A stretch of DNA of 63,491 nucleotides from Chiloscyllium plagiosum (taxonomy: Eukaryota), in the NCBI RefSeq assembly GCF_004010195.1, contig NC_057758.1, forward strand, positions 1,610,490 to 1,673,980, given 5' to 3'. This document shows positions 1-12,985 of this stretch, in pieces (position 1 is the first letter of the stretch; each line of letters opens with the position of its first letter). Under the pieces are notes generated by a model. It saw only the letters and a program-made list of their open reading frames with translations, was not told the DNA's origin and did not search any database. Made by a program: the position numbers and the translations under genes.

Positions 1-620
1 TCCTGCACATATTGGACAAACACTGACCCATCTAACGAACTTGAGCTATAGCTTTCCCAATCAATATCAGGAAAGTTAAAGTCCCCCATAACAACCACCC
101 TATTACTGTCACTCATCTCCTGAATCACCTTCCCTATCCTTTCTTCTACGTTTCTAGGACTATTAGGAGGCCTGTAAAAGACTCCTTACAGGGTGACCTC
201 ACCTTTCCTATTCCTAACCTCAGCCCAAACTACCTCAGATGGCAAGTCCTCCTCCATCGTCCTTTCCACCGCTGTAATACTATCTTTGACAAGCAATGCC
301 ACACCTCCCCCTCTTTTACCCCCACCTCCGCCCCTACTCAAACATTTAAATTCTGGAACCTGCAACAGCCAATCCTGTTCCTGTTCTAGCCATGTCTCCG
401 TAATAGCCACAACATCGAAATCCCAGGTACCAACCCAGGCTGCATGTTCACCTACCTTATTTCGTATACTTCTTGCATTGAAGTATACACACTTCAAGCC
501 ACTTTCCTGTTTACAGGCACCCTCCTTTGAAATTGATGCCATGTTCCTAACCTCCCTACACTCCAGGTCCTGCACCCTAAAGCTACAGTCTGGGTTCCCA
601 TGCCCCTGCAGAGTTAGTTT
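1..620 (-). mobile_element. CR1-clade LINE, ORF2 apurinic endonuclease region
   Basis: ORF 186-662: LKCVYFNARSIRNK, DVVAITETWL, GGKRGGGVALLVK. Confidence 0.9.
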
Positions 621-643
621 AACCCCCCCCAAGAGCACTAGCA

Positions 644-842
644 AACCTAACACTACGGACAATTTAGCATGGCTTTTTCACCTAACCTGCACATCTTTGG
701 ACTGTGGGAGGAAACCAGAGCACCCGAAGGAGAACGTGCAAACTCCACACAGTCAGTCGCCTGAGTCGGGAATTGAACCCGGGTCTCTGGCGCTATGATG
801 CAGCAGTGCTAACCACTGTGCCACTGTGCCACCGTGTCGCCC
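644..842 (-). mobile_element. HE1/V-SINE-type tRNA-derived SINE, partial
   Basis: Reverse complement of GGTGGCACAGTGGTTAGCACTGCTGC...GGTTCAATTCC (A/B boxes) and the central domain; matches the copies at 17255 and 20598. Confidence 0.9.
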
Positions 843-844
843 GC

Positions 845-2790
845 TGTATTCAGACTGGAAAAAGACAACGTTGTCGGGAGAATCGCAAGATACAGGCTAT
901 TGGATGAGACAGGATTGAGTTTCACGAGGATGAGGTGTAATCAATTATAGAACGTATGAAAAAAGGTAAGCTCCCTTGGCGTGATGGTCTTAATGCTATG
1001 ATTCTCTGGGAAGCCAGCGGGGAGATTGTAAAGCCGCTGGCTTTGATCTTTGTGTCGTTATTGTCTGTAGGAATAGTGTCAAAGGACTGGAGGATAGCGA
1101 ATGTTCTCCTCTTGTTTACTAAGGGGAGCAGAGACAACCCTGGTAATTATAGATCAGCCAACCTTACTTTTGTTGTGGTAAACTATATGCAGCATTGTTG
1201 CTCAGGAGTTAGCACTGCTGCCTCACAGCGCCCGGGACCCGGTTCAATTTGCACCTCGGGCACTGTCTGTATGGAGTTTACACAATCTCCCCCGTGTCTG
1301 CATCAGTTTCCTCCGCGTGCTCCAGTTTTCTCCCATAGTCCATAGATGTGCCGATCAGGTGAACTGACAATGCTAAATTGCCCATAGTGTTAAGCGCATT
1401 AGTCAGGGGTAAATGTAGGGGAATGGGTTTGGGTGGGTTAATCTTCGGAGGGTCAGAGTGGACTTGTTCAGGCCCAATGGCCTGTTTCCACACTGTCGGG
1501 AACATGCGGGAAACCTAACCTAAGGTGTAATGTGTAATCATTTAGAAAGGAATGTTTCCATTTGGTACAGTCAACACGGTACACCTGTCTTGTGAAGGGT
1601 AGGTTATGCCTCACAAACGTCAACTGAGTTATTTGAGAATGTGACCAAAAAGATGGATGAGGTCAAAGCGGTTGACATGGTTTTCAGGAAAACGTTTGAT
1701 GAGATTCCCGTGGTAGAATATTGTACAACAAAAGAAGGCATGGCCTTGCGGACGATTTACCGGCTTGGATCAGAAATTGGCTTCCTGAAAGAAGACAGAG
1801 TGTGCTGGTTGATGGAAATGTTCATCCTGGAATTTAGACACTTGTGGTGTACTGCAAGGATCTGTTTTGCGTGCACTGATGCTTGTCAATTTTATAAATG
1901 ACCTAGCTGAGGGCGAAGAAGGACGGGTTAGAAAATTTTCGAATGACACTGAGGTCGGTGGAGTTGTGGATAGTGCCAAAGGATGTTGCAGGTTACAGAG
2001 GGATGTTGATAAGCTGCCGAGCTAGACTGAGAGATGGCAAATGGAGTTTAATGCAGAAAAGTGTGAGGTGATTCGCTTTGGAAGAAGCAAAATGAATAAG
2101 CTGCTAAGATTCTTGGCAGTATAGATGAGCAAAGAGATTTCGTTGTCCATGTACATAGATCCCTAAAGGTTGCCACTTTGGTTGGTCGCGTTGGTAAGAT
2201 GGCATATAATGTGTTAACTTTTAGTGGTAGAAGGATAGGGTTTCAGAGGCACGAGGCCATGTTGCAGCTGTACAAAATGCTGGTTCGGCCGCACATGGAG
2301 TATTGCGCACAGTTCTGGGTCACTACATTATTGGAAGGATATGGAATCTTTGGAAAGGGTTGAGAGACGATTTACTAGGATGCTGCTGTGTATGGAGGAC
2401 AGTTCTTATGAGGGACCTGAGGCTGGTATCGTCAGAGAAAAGGAAATTGCGAGGTGACTTAATTGAGACATACAGGTTAATCACCGTTTAGGTAGAGTGG
2501 GCAGTGAAAACCTTCTTTCCTTGGACGTGAAGCCTATAACGAGGGGACACAGCATTAAATTAAGGCGTGATAGATATAGGAAAGACGCGAGAGGTAGTGT
2601 TTTTCATTACAGTGAAGTAGGGGTGTAGAACACCCTGCCTGCAACAATAGTAGACTTGCCAACTTTCAGGGCATTAAATGGTCATTGGATAAACATATGG
2701 ATGGAATTGGATTAGTGTAGGGTAGATTGGTTTCAGATCCGTTCCGCAGGTCGGCGCAACATCGAGGGCCGAAGGGCATGTTGCATGTAC
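845..2790 (+). mobile_element. Decayed CR1 LINE RT and 3' end, interrupted by a SINE
   Basis: DWRIANV, DNPGNYR, LYKMLVRPHMEYCAQFW, LRGDLIETY; 3' end CATCGAGGGCCGAAGGGC. Confidence 0.85.
1190..1500 (+). mobile_element. HE1/V-SINE-type SINE nested in a LINE
   Basis: GTTAGCACTGCTGCCTCACAGCGCC...GGTTCAATT head and GGCCTGTTTCCACACTGT tail. Confidence 0.88.
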
Positions 2791-2969
2791 TAAAATGGAT
2801 GACCGCATATTTTTAACATAGTATTCAATCTGCCACCGGGCCTTTGTCCACTCACTCAAATTTTCTATGTTTCTGTGCAAAGCTTCACAGTCCTCTGCAC
2901 ACTTTCCTCTGCCACTCATCTTAATGTCGTCAGCAAACGTTGGCACACTACACGTGGGCCCCACGTGAG

Positions 2970-3300
2970 ATTGTCGTTGACCAGAAATTAAATCATCCTC
3001 GGCAAACAAATACGAGAGCAGGTCATAAGACAGGAATGCAACGCCAGGTAACTTACCTTCTGACTGTCCAAACTTGTCCACCATTGTCAAGGCAAATTCA
3101 GGAGTGTGATGGAAGACTCCCCACTTGCCCGGATGAGTGCAGTTATGACAACACGCAAGAATCTTGACACCATTTAGGAAATATCATTCTGCTTGATTGG
3201 CACCGTAATGACAACAAGCCATTCACTCCACCACGAATGCTCAGAAACGGCATTGTGCGTCATCTGCAAGGTACACTGCAGAAATTCGCCAAATATCCTT
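2970..3300 (+). mobile_element. Old CR1/L2-group LINE 3' fragment
   Basis: CAAGGCAAATTCAGGAGTGTGATGGAA (KA.RSVME-like); homologous to 37410-37945. Confidence 0.55.
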
Positions 3301-5839
3301 AGATCAGCAAACGCAGCAGAAATCTGAAAATGTGATCATGTCCCACATGTAGCATTAGTTCCACAACACAAGATCGAAATCCTTAACTCACCTTCAAATA
3401 GGCGAATGTCAGAAATTTCCAAGGATGGATGCTTTGATTATATCATGGAGGTAAAAGATGAACTGGAGATGGTGACAATGTCTTTTGATCCGTAGAAATA
3501 TAGGATGATTTTCAGCCGCAGCAAAAACTCGAAGGGTGGGAGTTTGGACCGGGGGCTTGCTGGGAGCGGCGAGTCACTGATTTGAACCTTTAAATACCTT
3601 ACCTCGAGCGCGGGAGTCCTCCATTTCTGTTTTTCAGCTGCAGCAGCTCGAAGGGTGGGAGCTTGAACTAGGGGCCTTCCAGGTGTGGTGAGTCAATGAT
3701 GAGCTTTTATTTTTGAAATCAGAGAACAGAGGTTGCTGGGAAAGTAGGGAATTCATTTTATTTCTGCCCAGCTATATAAGTCCGTGTTTCCTAAACTCGA
3801 GGCCATAACTTTGTAGGGCCTCCCACCCAGCCACTTCCTCTAAATTAAAGACCAGGGAGACATCAGGTAAGCGTCTATTCTCTTTCACTTTGGGGTAAGA
3901 GGACGAGCAGGGTTGGCAGTGCAGGGAGAAGAAAGTTCCTCCTGCATGATGTTTGAGAGGGACCCATTAGTGTCCCATCCAAGTACATCTGCAGGAAGTG
4001 CACCCAACTCTCCCTCCTCCAAGACCGTGTTAAGGAACTGGTGCGGGAGCTGGATGTACTTCGGATCATTCGCGAGGCAGAGGTTGTGAGTTACAGGGAA
4101 GTAGTTACTCTTAATCACGAAGAAAACTGGGTGATTGTTCGAAGGGGGGAAAAACAGTCAGTGGAGGGATCCCCTATGGTCATTTCCCTGAAATACATGT
4201 GTACCGTTTTGGATACTGTTGGGGGAATGACTGACCAAGGGTATGCAGTGGGGCCCAGTTCTCTGACACAGAGCCGATCCCTGTTGCACAGAAGGGAAGG
4301 AGAGAAAGGAGGAGAGTGTTAGCAATTGGGGACTCAAAAGTTAGAGGGTCAGATAGAAGGTTTGCTGGGAACGAACGAGACTCACGGTTAGTGTGTTGCC
4401 TCCCAGGTGCCAGGGTCTGTGATGTCTCAGATTACGTCTTTGGGGTCCTGCGGAGAGGGTGAGCAGTCTCAAGTCGTTGGCCACGTAGGTAGCAGCGACG
4501 TAAGTAGATAGAGGGATAGGGACGTAAGGCAGGATTTCAGCGACCTAGAGAAGCTGAGAGCTCGAACAAACAGAGTTGTTATCTTTGGTTTGTTACCCGT
4601 TGCACGTGATAGCGAGGCAAGGGATAGGGAGAGATATCAGCTGAACATTTGGCTGCAAGGATGGTGCAGGAGGGTGTGTTGCAGGTACTTGGATAATTGG
4701 GGCTCATTCTGAGAAAGTGGGACCTGTACAAACAGGATAGTCTTCACTTGAACCAGAGGTGTACTAATATCCTGGGTGGGAAATTTGCTGGTGCTATTCG
4801 GGTGCTTTTAAACTAACTCAGCAGGGAATGTGAGGTGCAGTTCCAGTGCACAGGAGGATGACAGTAGGGAGGGCATGGACAGGATTTCACGGTCACAGGA
4901 GTGTGCTCGCAGACAGCAAGCTGTTTTGAAGTGCATCTACTTCAACAATGGAAGTGTCCGAAATAAGGTTGGTGAGCTTGCAGCCTGGATAGGTACTTGG
5001 GACTTCGATGTTATGACCATTTTGGAGACATGGATAGAGCAGGGTGAAGAATGGATGTTGCAGGTTCCAGGGTTCAGATCTTTCATTAAGAATAGGCAAG
5101 GCGGTAAAAGAGGGGGAGGTGTGGCCTTGTTAGTCAAGGATAGAATAACAGTGGCTGAAAGAACTTTTGACGAGGACTCATCGACTAAGGTAGTGTGGGC
5201 TGAGGTCAGAAACAGGAGAGGAGAGGTCACGTATTTTGGAGATGTTTTTTATATGCCTCCTCAGAGTTCCAGTGAGGAGGAAGAGAGAATTGGAAAAATT
5301 ATTTTGAGTGGGAGTGAAAGGAAATGTGTGGTTATTATGGGGGACTTTAACTTCCTTAACATTGACTGGAAATGCTAAAGCTCTAGTACGTCGAATGGAT
5401 CAGTTTTTGTCCAGTGTGTACAGGATGATTTCCTGACACAGTATGTCGAAGGGCCGACGAGAGGGGAGGCCACAATGGATCTGGTGCTTGGTAATGAACA
5501 AGGCCGAGTGTTTGATTTAGTTGTAGGTGAGCACTTTGGAGAGAGTGACCATAATTCAGTTACGTTTAGTTTAGCGATGGAAAGGGATAGCTAAATGCCA
5601 CAGTTATTGATGGGGCGAGCGCAATTATAATGCTATTGGACAAGATTTAGGTTGAATAGAATGGGGTAGCAAAATGTAGGGGATGCAGACAATGGAAATA
5701 TAGAGCTGGTTTATTGCGTGCCCTTAACAAGTATGTCCCTGTAAGTCAGAGAGGAAGTGATAACGTAAGGGAACCATGGTTTGCTACAGAAATTGTGTCT
5801 CTTGTTAAGCAGATGAAGGAGGCTTATGGGTTGATGAGG

Positions 5840-6148
5840 CTAGATTGGAGTGGTGCTGGAAAAGCACAACAGTTCAGGCAGCGTCCGAGGAACAGTAAAA
5901 TCGACGAATCGGGCAAAAATCCTTCATCAGGAATACAGGCAGAGAGCCTGAAGGGTGGAGAGATAAGTGAGAGGAGGGTGGGGGTGGGGATATGATATTT
6001 TCTCCCCACCCCCACCCTCCTCTCACTTATCTGTCCACCATTCAGGCTCTCTGACTGTATTCCTGATGAAGGGCTTTTGCCTGAAACGTCGATTTTACTT
6101 GGATGCTGCCTGAACTGCTGTGCTTTTCCAGCACCACTCTACTCTAGA
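5840..6148. mobile_element. Fold-back Penelope terminal-repeat mini-element with TSD
   Basis: Arms of about 150 bp are reverse complements around TATGATATTT; flanked by CTTATGGGTTGATGAGG (5823-5839) and CTTATGTGTTGATGAGG (6149-6165). Confidence 0.8.
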
Positions 6149-6676
6149 CTTATGTGTTGATGAGGCAAGATTATTCAGATGAGGTGATGGAGAGTTACAG
6201 ATAGCTAGGAAGAGTTAAGAAGAACAAAGAGAGAGTTAAGAAGAGCTAGCGAGGACTCGAACAGTCTTTAGCAAATAGAATACACGAGAACCTTAAATCT
6301 TTCTATCGGTATGCGAGGAATAGAAGGTTGACGAGGGTAGGAATAGGGCCAGTCAAAGCCAGAAGTGGGAAGTTGAGTGTGGATCCTGTGGAGATCGGAG
6401 AAGAGGAAAAGGAGAATAATTTAGTAGAGAAGAATGAGGTACGTGATATTAGACTCGAAAGGATCGAGGTTAGTTACAAACAGGTGATATCAATTCTAGA
6501 AGGAGTGAAAGTAGACAAGTCCCCTGAGACGTATGAGATACTTCCCAAGTATACTTCCCAAGTATTCTCTGGGAAGCTAGGGAGGAGATAACAGAGCATT
6601 TAGCTTTGATATTTGAGTCGTCATTGTCTACAGGTTTAGGATCAGAGGACTGGAGGATTGCAAAAGTTGTCCCCTT

Positions 6677-7257
6677 CTGCGGCTGTACAGAACATTGGTT
6701 AGCCCACTGTTGGAATATTGCATGCAATTCTGGTCTCCTTCCTATCGGAAAGATGTTGTGAAACTTGAAAGGGTTCAGAAAAGATTTACAAGGATGTTGC
6801 CAGGGTTGGAGGATTTGAGCTATAGGGAGAGACTGAACAGTCTGGGACTATTTTCCCTGGAGCTTCGGAGGAGGAGGGGTGACCTTATAGAGGTTTACAA
6901 AATTATGAGGGGCATAAATAGGGTAAATTGGCAACATCTTTTCCCTAGGGTCGGGGAGTCCAGAACTAGAGGGCATAGGTTTAGGGTGAGAGGGGAAAGA
7001 TATAAAAGAGACCTAAAGTGCAACCTTTTCACACAGAGGGTGGTACGTGTATGGAATTGGCTGCCAGAGGAAGCGATGGAAGCTGGTACAATTGCAAAAT
7101 TTAAGAGGCATTTGGATGGGTATATGAATAGGAAGGGTTTAGAGGGATATGAGCTGGGTGCTGGCAGGTGGGACTAGATTGGGTAGGGATATCTGGTCGG
7201 CATGGACGGGTTGGACGGAAGAGTCTGTTTCCATGCTGTACATCTCCATGACTCTAT
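6677..7257 (+). mobile_element. Younger 5'-truncated HER1/CR1 LINE 3' end
   Basis: Open ORF 6695-7177 (LEYCMQFWSPSYRKD, RGDLIEVYKIM); tail TCCATGCTGTACATCTCCATGACTCTATG. Confidence 0.88.
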
Positions 7258-8189
7258 GGGCTGAGAGGTGGCAAATGTATTTCAATGCAGCTAAATGTGA
7301 GGTGATGCATTTTGGGAAGAATAATAGGAAGGCAGAGTATAGGGTAAGTGGAAAGATTCTTGGTAGTGTGGATCATGGAGTCCATCCACATAGATCCATA
7401 AAAGTTGCCACCCAGTTTGATTGTGCTACTAAGAAGGCATAAGGTGTATTAGGTTTCATTCGTAGATGGATTGAGTTCCGGAGCCGCAATATCATGCTGC
7501 AAATATACAAAACGCTACTGCGGCCACACTTGGAATATTGTGTACAGTTCTGGTCACCATAAATCTGTAAGGATGTGGAAGCATTAGAAAAGGTGCAGAG
7601 GAGATTTACTAGGATGTTGCCTGGTCTGGAGGGAAGGTCTGCAGAAAGCCTGAGACACGTAGGTCTGTTCTTATTGGAAAGAAAAAGGCTAAGAGGGGAT
7701 TTGAGAGAGACATACAAGATGACCGGAGGATTAGATAGGGTAGACAGTGACAGTCTTTTTTCTAGAATGATGACATTAGCTTGTACGAGGGGGCGCATAA
7801 CTACCAAATTGCGGGGTGATAGATTTGAGATCGATGTCAGAGGCAGGTTCTTTACTCAGAGAGTGGTAAGTGCGTGGAATGCTCTACCTGCCAATATAGT
7901 TAACTCAGCCACATTAGGGAGATTTAAGCAATCCTTGGATAAGCACATGGATGATGATGATAGGATAGTGTAGGGGGACGAGCTGAGAATAGTTCACAGG
8001 TCGGCCCAACATCGAGGGCTGAAGGGCCTGTTCTGCACTGTATTGTTCTATGTTCTATGTTCTGTGCTCTATTAAAAAGTCTAGAGGAGACCTCTAAATC
8101 CATCGCGTCTGTATTGTCAAAAATACACGTCGACTGAAAACCTTTCCGGGCTTTAGTTCAGAGGAAATTGTCATTTGAGATATTATACT

Positions 8190-10250
8190 TGGAAAGGCAA
8201 TGGACATCGATTCCAAATGTATCACTTCGCATTTATCCAGGTTGAACTTCATCTGCAATTTCTCTGCCCAGCTCTGCATCCTGTCTCTGTTACACAGCAG
8301 CCTGCAGTCGCCCTCGAGACAGTTTACGGCACCTCCAACCTTTGTGTCATCTGCAAATTTACTAACCCACCCCTTAACGACCTCTTCCAAGACGTCTACA
8401 AAAAACTACAAAGAGCAGAGGCCCAAGGACAGAGCCCTGCGGGACCCCACTCAACAGTAAACTCCAGACAGAATGCTTTCCAACTACAACCATTCTCTGC
8501 CTTCTGTCAGCCAACCAATTCTCAATCCAGATAGCCAAACTTCCCTGCATCCCACACTTCCTGACTTTATGAATGAGCCTACCATGGAGAACCTTATCTA
8601 ATGCCTTGCTGAAGTCCATATGCAGCACCTTCGACGACCTGTCTTGTCATCTCCACTCAGAACTCAGTAAGATATGTGAGGCATGAGCTGTCCCTCACAA
8701 AGCCATGCTGACTGCCTTCAATCACATTATGCTTTGCCGAATAGTCATAAATCCTATCCCCCGGAATTCTTTCTAAAACTTTGCTGACCACAGACGTAAC
8801 ACTGACTGGTCTGTAGTTGCCAGGGATTTCCCCATTAACCTGCCTGTAAAGAGGAACAACATTTGCCTCCTTCCAATCCTCTGGTGCGATTCCCGTGGAG
8901 AGTGAGGAGGCAAAGATCCTAGCCAGTGACTTAACAACCTCCTTTCTCGCTTAACGGAGCAGCCTAGGATAAATCTGGTCTGGCCCTGGGGACTTATCAA
9001 TCGTTTTCCAAAATTTCCAAGACATCAACTTCATCAATCTTGATCTGGTCAAGCCTGTATCTCAGCTCCTCAAACTTTTCATTCACAACAAGGTCCCTTC
9101 CCTTAGCGAAAACCGAAGCAAAAAGCTCATTTAGGGCTTTCCCTATCTGCTCAGACTCCATGCACAAGTTCCATCCGCCATCTCTGATCGGCCCTACCTT
9201 CTCCCTGATCATTCTCTTATCCCTCACGTATGAATAAAATGCCATTGTGTTCGCCCTATTCCTTCTTGCCAAGCCCTTTCCGTGACCCGTCCTGGCTCTC
9301 CTCAGTCCAATACTGAGCTCCTACCTAGCAAGCCCGTAGTCCTCTAAAGCTGTGCTGTACCCTTGCTTCCTCCACCTTTGCGTAAACTGCCTTCTTCCTT
9401 TTAACGAGAAGCTCCTCTGTTCTCATCATCCAAGGTCCCTTAATCTTACCCCTTCTTACCTATCTCAGAGAAACAAATTTGTGCATCACTCGCAACAACT
9501 GCTCCTTAAATTGTCTCTGCATATCTGCTGTGCCCATTCTGTCGAACAATTCCTCCCAGTCTGCATTTCCCAACTCCTGTCTGATAGCGTCATCATTTCC
9601 TTTTCCCCAAGTAAATATTTTCGGTCGGTAACTGCTCCTTTCCCATCCAAGGCTGTGGTAAATGTGAGGCAGTTGTGATCACTGTCACCGAAGTGTCCTC
9701 TCACTGTGAGATCTGCCATTTGTCCTGCCTCATTGCCAAGCACCAAATCAAATATGGCCTCTACCCTAGTCGGGCTGTCTACATCCTGAATAAAGAACAT
9801 CTGAACACACTTGACAGAAACGGCTCCATCCAAATCCTCTGCACTTCGGAGGTTCCAGTCGATATTGGGAAAGTTGAAATCACCCATAACAACAACCCTG
9901 CTACATCTGCATTTTTCCAGAATCTCCCCGCGAATGAGTTCTTCAATCTCTGTACTGCTATTTGGTTGTTTGTAGAAAACCCCCAATGCGGTGGCTGATC
10001 CCTTGCTGTTCCTATCTTCCACCTATACTGACTCAGTAGAAAAATGTTCCTGAACAACCTTCATTTCTGTAGCGATGATGCACTCTCTGACTAGCAATGC
10101 TTCACCCCCTCTTTTTTTCCACCCTTCCTATTCTTTTTAGACGTTCTAAACCCTGGAACATTCCTGCCCCTGTGAAACCCACGTCTCCGTTATGGCCACA
10201 ACATCGTAGCCCAAGTACTGATTCATACATATCGTAGCCCCAAGTACTGA
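8190..10250 (-). mobile_element. CR1 LINE ORF2 fragment (endonuclease to RT)
   Basis: VVMGDFNFPNIDW, FGDSDHN, MDFSKALDKV, SGVPQGSVLGPLLF, SKFADDTK. Confidence 0.9.
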
Positions 10251-10254
10251 TCCA

Positions 10255-10660
10255 TCCATGTTCCGCCTCGGGGTCCTTCCAATCCCATGGCATCAATGTG
10301 GATTTCACCAGTTTCCTCATTTTGCCTTCCCCCAATGTACCCTTTTCAGCTCAGGACCGTCGTCATGACTCGTCCCATCTGTCCATCTTCCTTCCCACCT
10401 ATCCATTCCACCCTCCCTACCGACCCATCTGCTTTACCCCGTACTCCATCTACCTATTCCACTCTCAGCTCCTTCCCCAGAGCCTCAAACCCCATTTTTA
10501 TCTCCAACCCGAGGCTCCTAGCCTCATTCCTGATGAAGGGCTTTTGACTGAAACTTCGATTTTCCTGCTTCTCGGATTCTGCCTGACCTGCTGTGCTTTT
10601 TTCAGCACCACAGTCTTGATTCTTTACTCAAGCATCTGCAGTACTCACTTTCACCTACTT
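10255..10660 (+). mobile_element. Penelope-like element 3' end and terminal repeat
   Basis: End of GIY-YIG region homologous to 49165-49230, pyrimidine-rich spacer, then CATTCCTGATGAAGGGCTTTTG...GAAAC terminal repeat. Confidence 0.8.
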
Positions 10661-10669
10661 TGCTGCAGA

Positions 10670-11440
10670 ATCCATCATCCCAATACCCATAAATGTGCTG
10701 CATCGCGATTTTATTTCAACGGTCCACGACACACTGCAGCCCTGTGGAACAATGAAGAGCAAAAGAAAAATACTTCTTCAGCATATTCAAGAATAATGGC
10801 TGTCCAACAATCTGCCTATTTCACAACAACATTTCGAAACAAGCTGACACAACGCGCCCCAGAAACTCTACTGACATTACCATACATTAAACACACCTCG
10901 GAAACGACTTCCAGTTATCTCAGACCCCTTGCATCATGGTAGCCAACAAACCCACTGGCACGCATAAACAGCCGCTGATGAACCTAAAGGACTCAATGCA
11001 AACAACCAGAAAAACAATGTTATTTACAAAATATCAAGCAAGGACTGTATAAAACAGTACATTGGACATTCAGGGAGAAAACGAGACTTCAGGATACTTC
11101 AATGTCAAGTAGCCACCAAAAGACAACACATCCATTCTAAGATAGAACAAACAACAGCGCGCACGAGAATTCCTAGAGGCCTGGCATGCTAACTGGAACT
11201 TCATCAACAAGCACATCGATTTAAAACCTATCTACCATATTCTGAGAAAAATAACCGGAAATGGTATGACCCACCTTAAGAGAACAAGACACATAAAATG
11301 AACGTGGAACATAACATAACAACAGTGCTTCAGTGGAGGCTCAATGATGATGTTAATATGGTGACGAAACTTTCCTGTTCGCCGTGTAAACTTTCAACCG
11401 GACCCTCAACGTGAGCTGCAAACCTTGCCAAACTCGCATC
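10670..11440 (+). mobile_element. Second Penelope-like family, RT thumb / GIY-YIG remnant and 3' end
   Basis: TLPYIK.TSE, LRPL, NVIYKI, YIG, REFLEAWH motifs; 3' end homologous to 28419-28670. Confidence 0.75.
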
Positions 11441-11759
11441 ATGAAATCTTATTTAAAAAGCCAATAATAAAGTAACGGCCAAAGATTCTACACAATGCTT
11501 TCAGCAGTGAAGGCTGCAAATTGATTTTCGTCTTTCAAATCAGAGCTTGTGTTTCATCAGGCTTCTCAGACCCTTTAGGCTCCTTTCTGGTTCTGTTCTT
11601 CTGAGCAGATATAACACTGCACTTTGTCTGGTTTTCTCAAAGCATTTTTCAACAAGATTTGACACAATTTAGATTGATCCTTCTATTTTAAGGAGCGTAA
11701 ATCATCCAATGGCTGTTTGCATCCCAAAATTATCACCCTTGTAAATCACCAGAATATCA

Positions 11760-12985
11760 AGTTGAAAGATGAAGGGAGGGCTGTTGTTCTCATATACAAA
11801 GACTTTAGTAAAGCGTTGGTAAGGTTCCCCATGGTAGACTAATGGAGAAACTGAGGTCACATGATGTGTATGTGCATCTAACTAGGTGAATAAAGAACTG
11901 ATTGAACCACAGGAGACGATGAGTATTAGTTAAAGGGAGTTTCTCGAAATGGAGAAAGGTGACCAATGGTGTTCCACAGGGATCAGTGTTGGGGCCATTC
12001 GTGTTTGTGCTATGCGTAAATGATCTGGTACTATTGGTATGATCAGCAAGTTTGCAGATAACAAGATGATTGGTGGCGTATCAGAAAGCATAAGTGACTG
12101 TCAAAGAATACAGAATAATATAGATGGACAGGAGAGTTGGGCGGAAAAGTGGCAGATGGTTTCCAATCCAGACAAATGTGAGGTAAAATAACTTAGGCAA
12201 GACTAATTCCAGAGCGAATTATACGATGAACAGAAGAGCCTTGGGAAAAGTTGATGGGCAGATAGATCTCAGAGTGCAGGTCCATTGTACTCTGAAAATT
12301 GCTGCACAGATGGATAGAGTGATCAAGAAGGCAAATAGTATGCTTGCCTTCATTGGACGGGGTATAGAGTATAAGAGTTGGCAACTCATGTTAAAATTGT
12401 ACAAGACATAGGTTCGGCCGCATTTAGAATACTGTGTACCGTTCGTGTCGTCACATTACCAAAGGGATGTGGACGCTTTGGAGAGGATGCAGAAAAGGTT
12501 TACGAGGATGTTGCCTAGTATGGATTTTGCTAGCTATGAACAGAGGTTGAGTAGATTAGGTATGTTTTCATTATGAAAAAAGGAGGTTAAGGGGGTACCT
12601 GATTGAGGTTTACAAGATCATGAAGGGTATAGACAGGTTGGATAGAGACAAGCTTTTTCCCAGGGTGCAGGATTCAATAACGAGAGGTCACGCTTTCAAG
12701 GTGAGAGTTGGAAAGTTTAAGGGGAAACACGCAGCAAGTACTTCACAAACTTCACTTGGTAGGCATCTGGAACGTGTTGCTAGCAGAGGTGGTAGAGGCA
12801 GGCAAGGAAGATTCATTTAAGATGTGTCTGGACAGATGCATGAGTAGGTGGGGAGCAGAGGGATACAGATACTTAGGAAGTGGGCAACAGGTTTGGACAG
12901 TAGATTTGGATCGGCTCAGGCTTGGAGGGCCGAAGGGTCTGTTCCTGGACTGTAAATGTTCTTTGTTGTTTGTTCTTTGTTCTTT
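11760..12985 (+). mobile_element. CR1 LINE RT and 3' end
   Basis: GVPQGSVLGP, KFAD, MLAFIGRGIEYKS; (TTCTTTG)n-type tail near 12960-12985. Confidence 0.88.

Larger units (their letters stand above)
3510..8068 (+). mobile_element. Near full-length decayed CR1 LINE (5'UTR, ORF1, endonuclease, partial RT, tail) with nested insertions
   Basis: Duplicated 5'UTR unit; ORF1 with CxxC (CRKC), coiled coil ELDVLRIIREAE and esterase-like IGDS / CCLPGA; endonuclease ORF 4830-5378; RT C-terminus 7257-7970; (TTCTATG)n tail near 8045-8065. Confidence 0.88.

Noticed and set aside
6539..6564. Small local duplications (also about 10200-10253 and 15670-15705)
   Set aside because: Ordinary slippage inside dead repeats.
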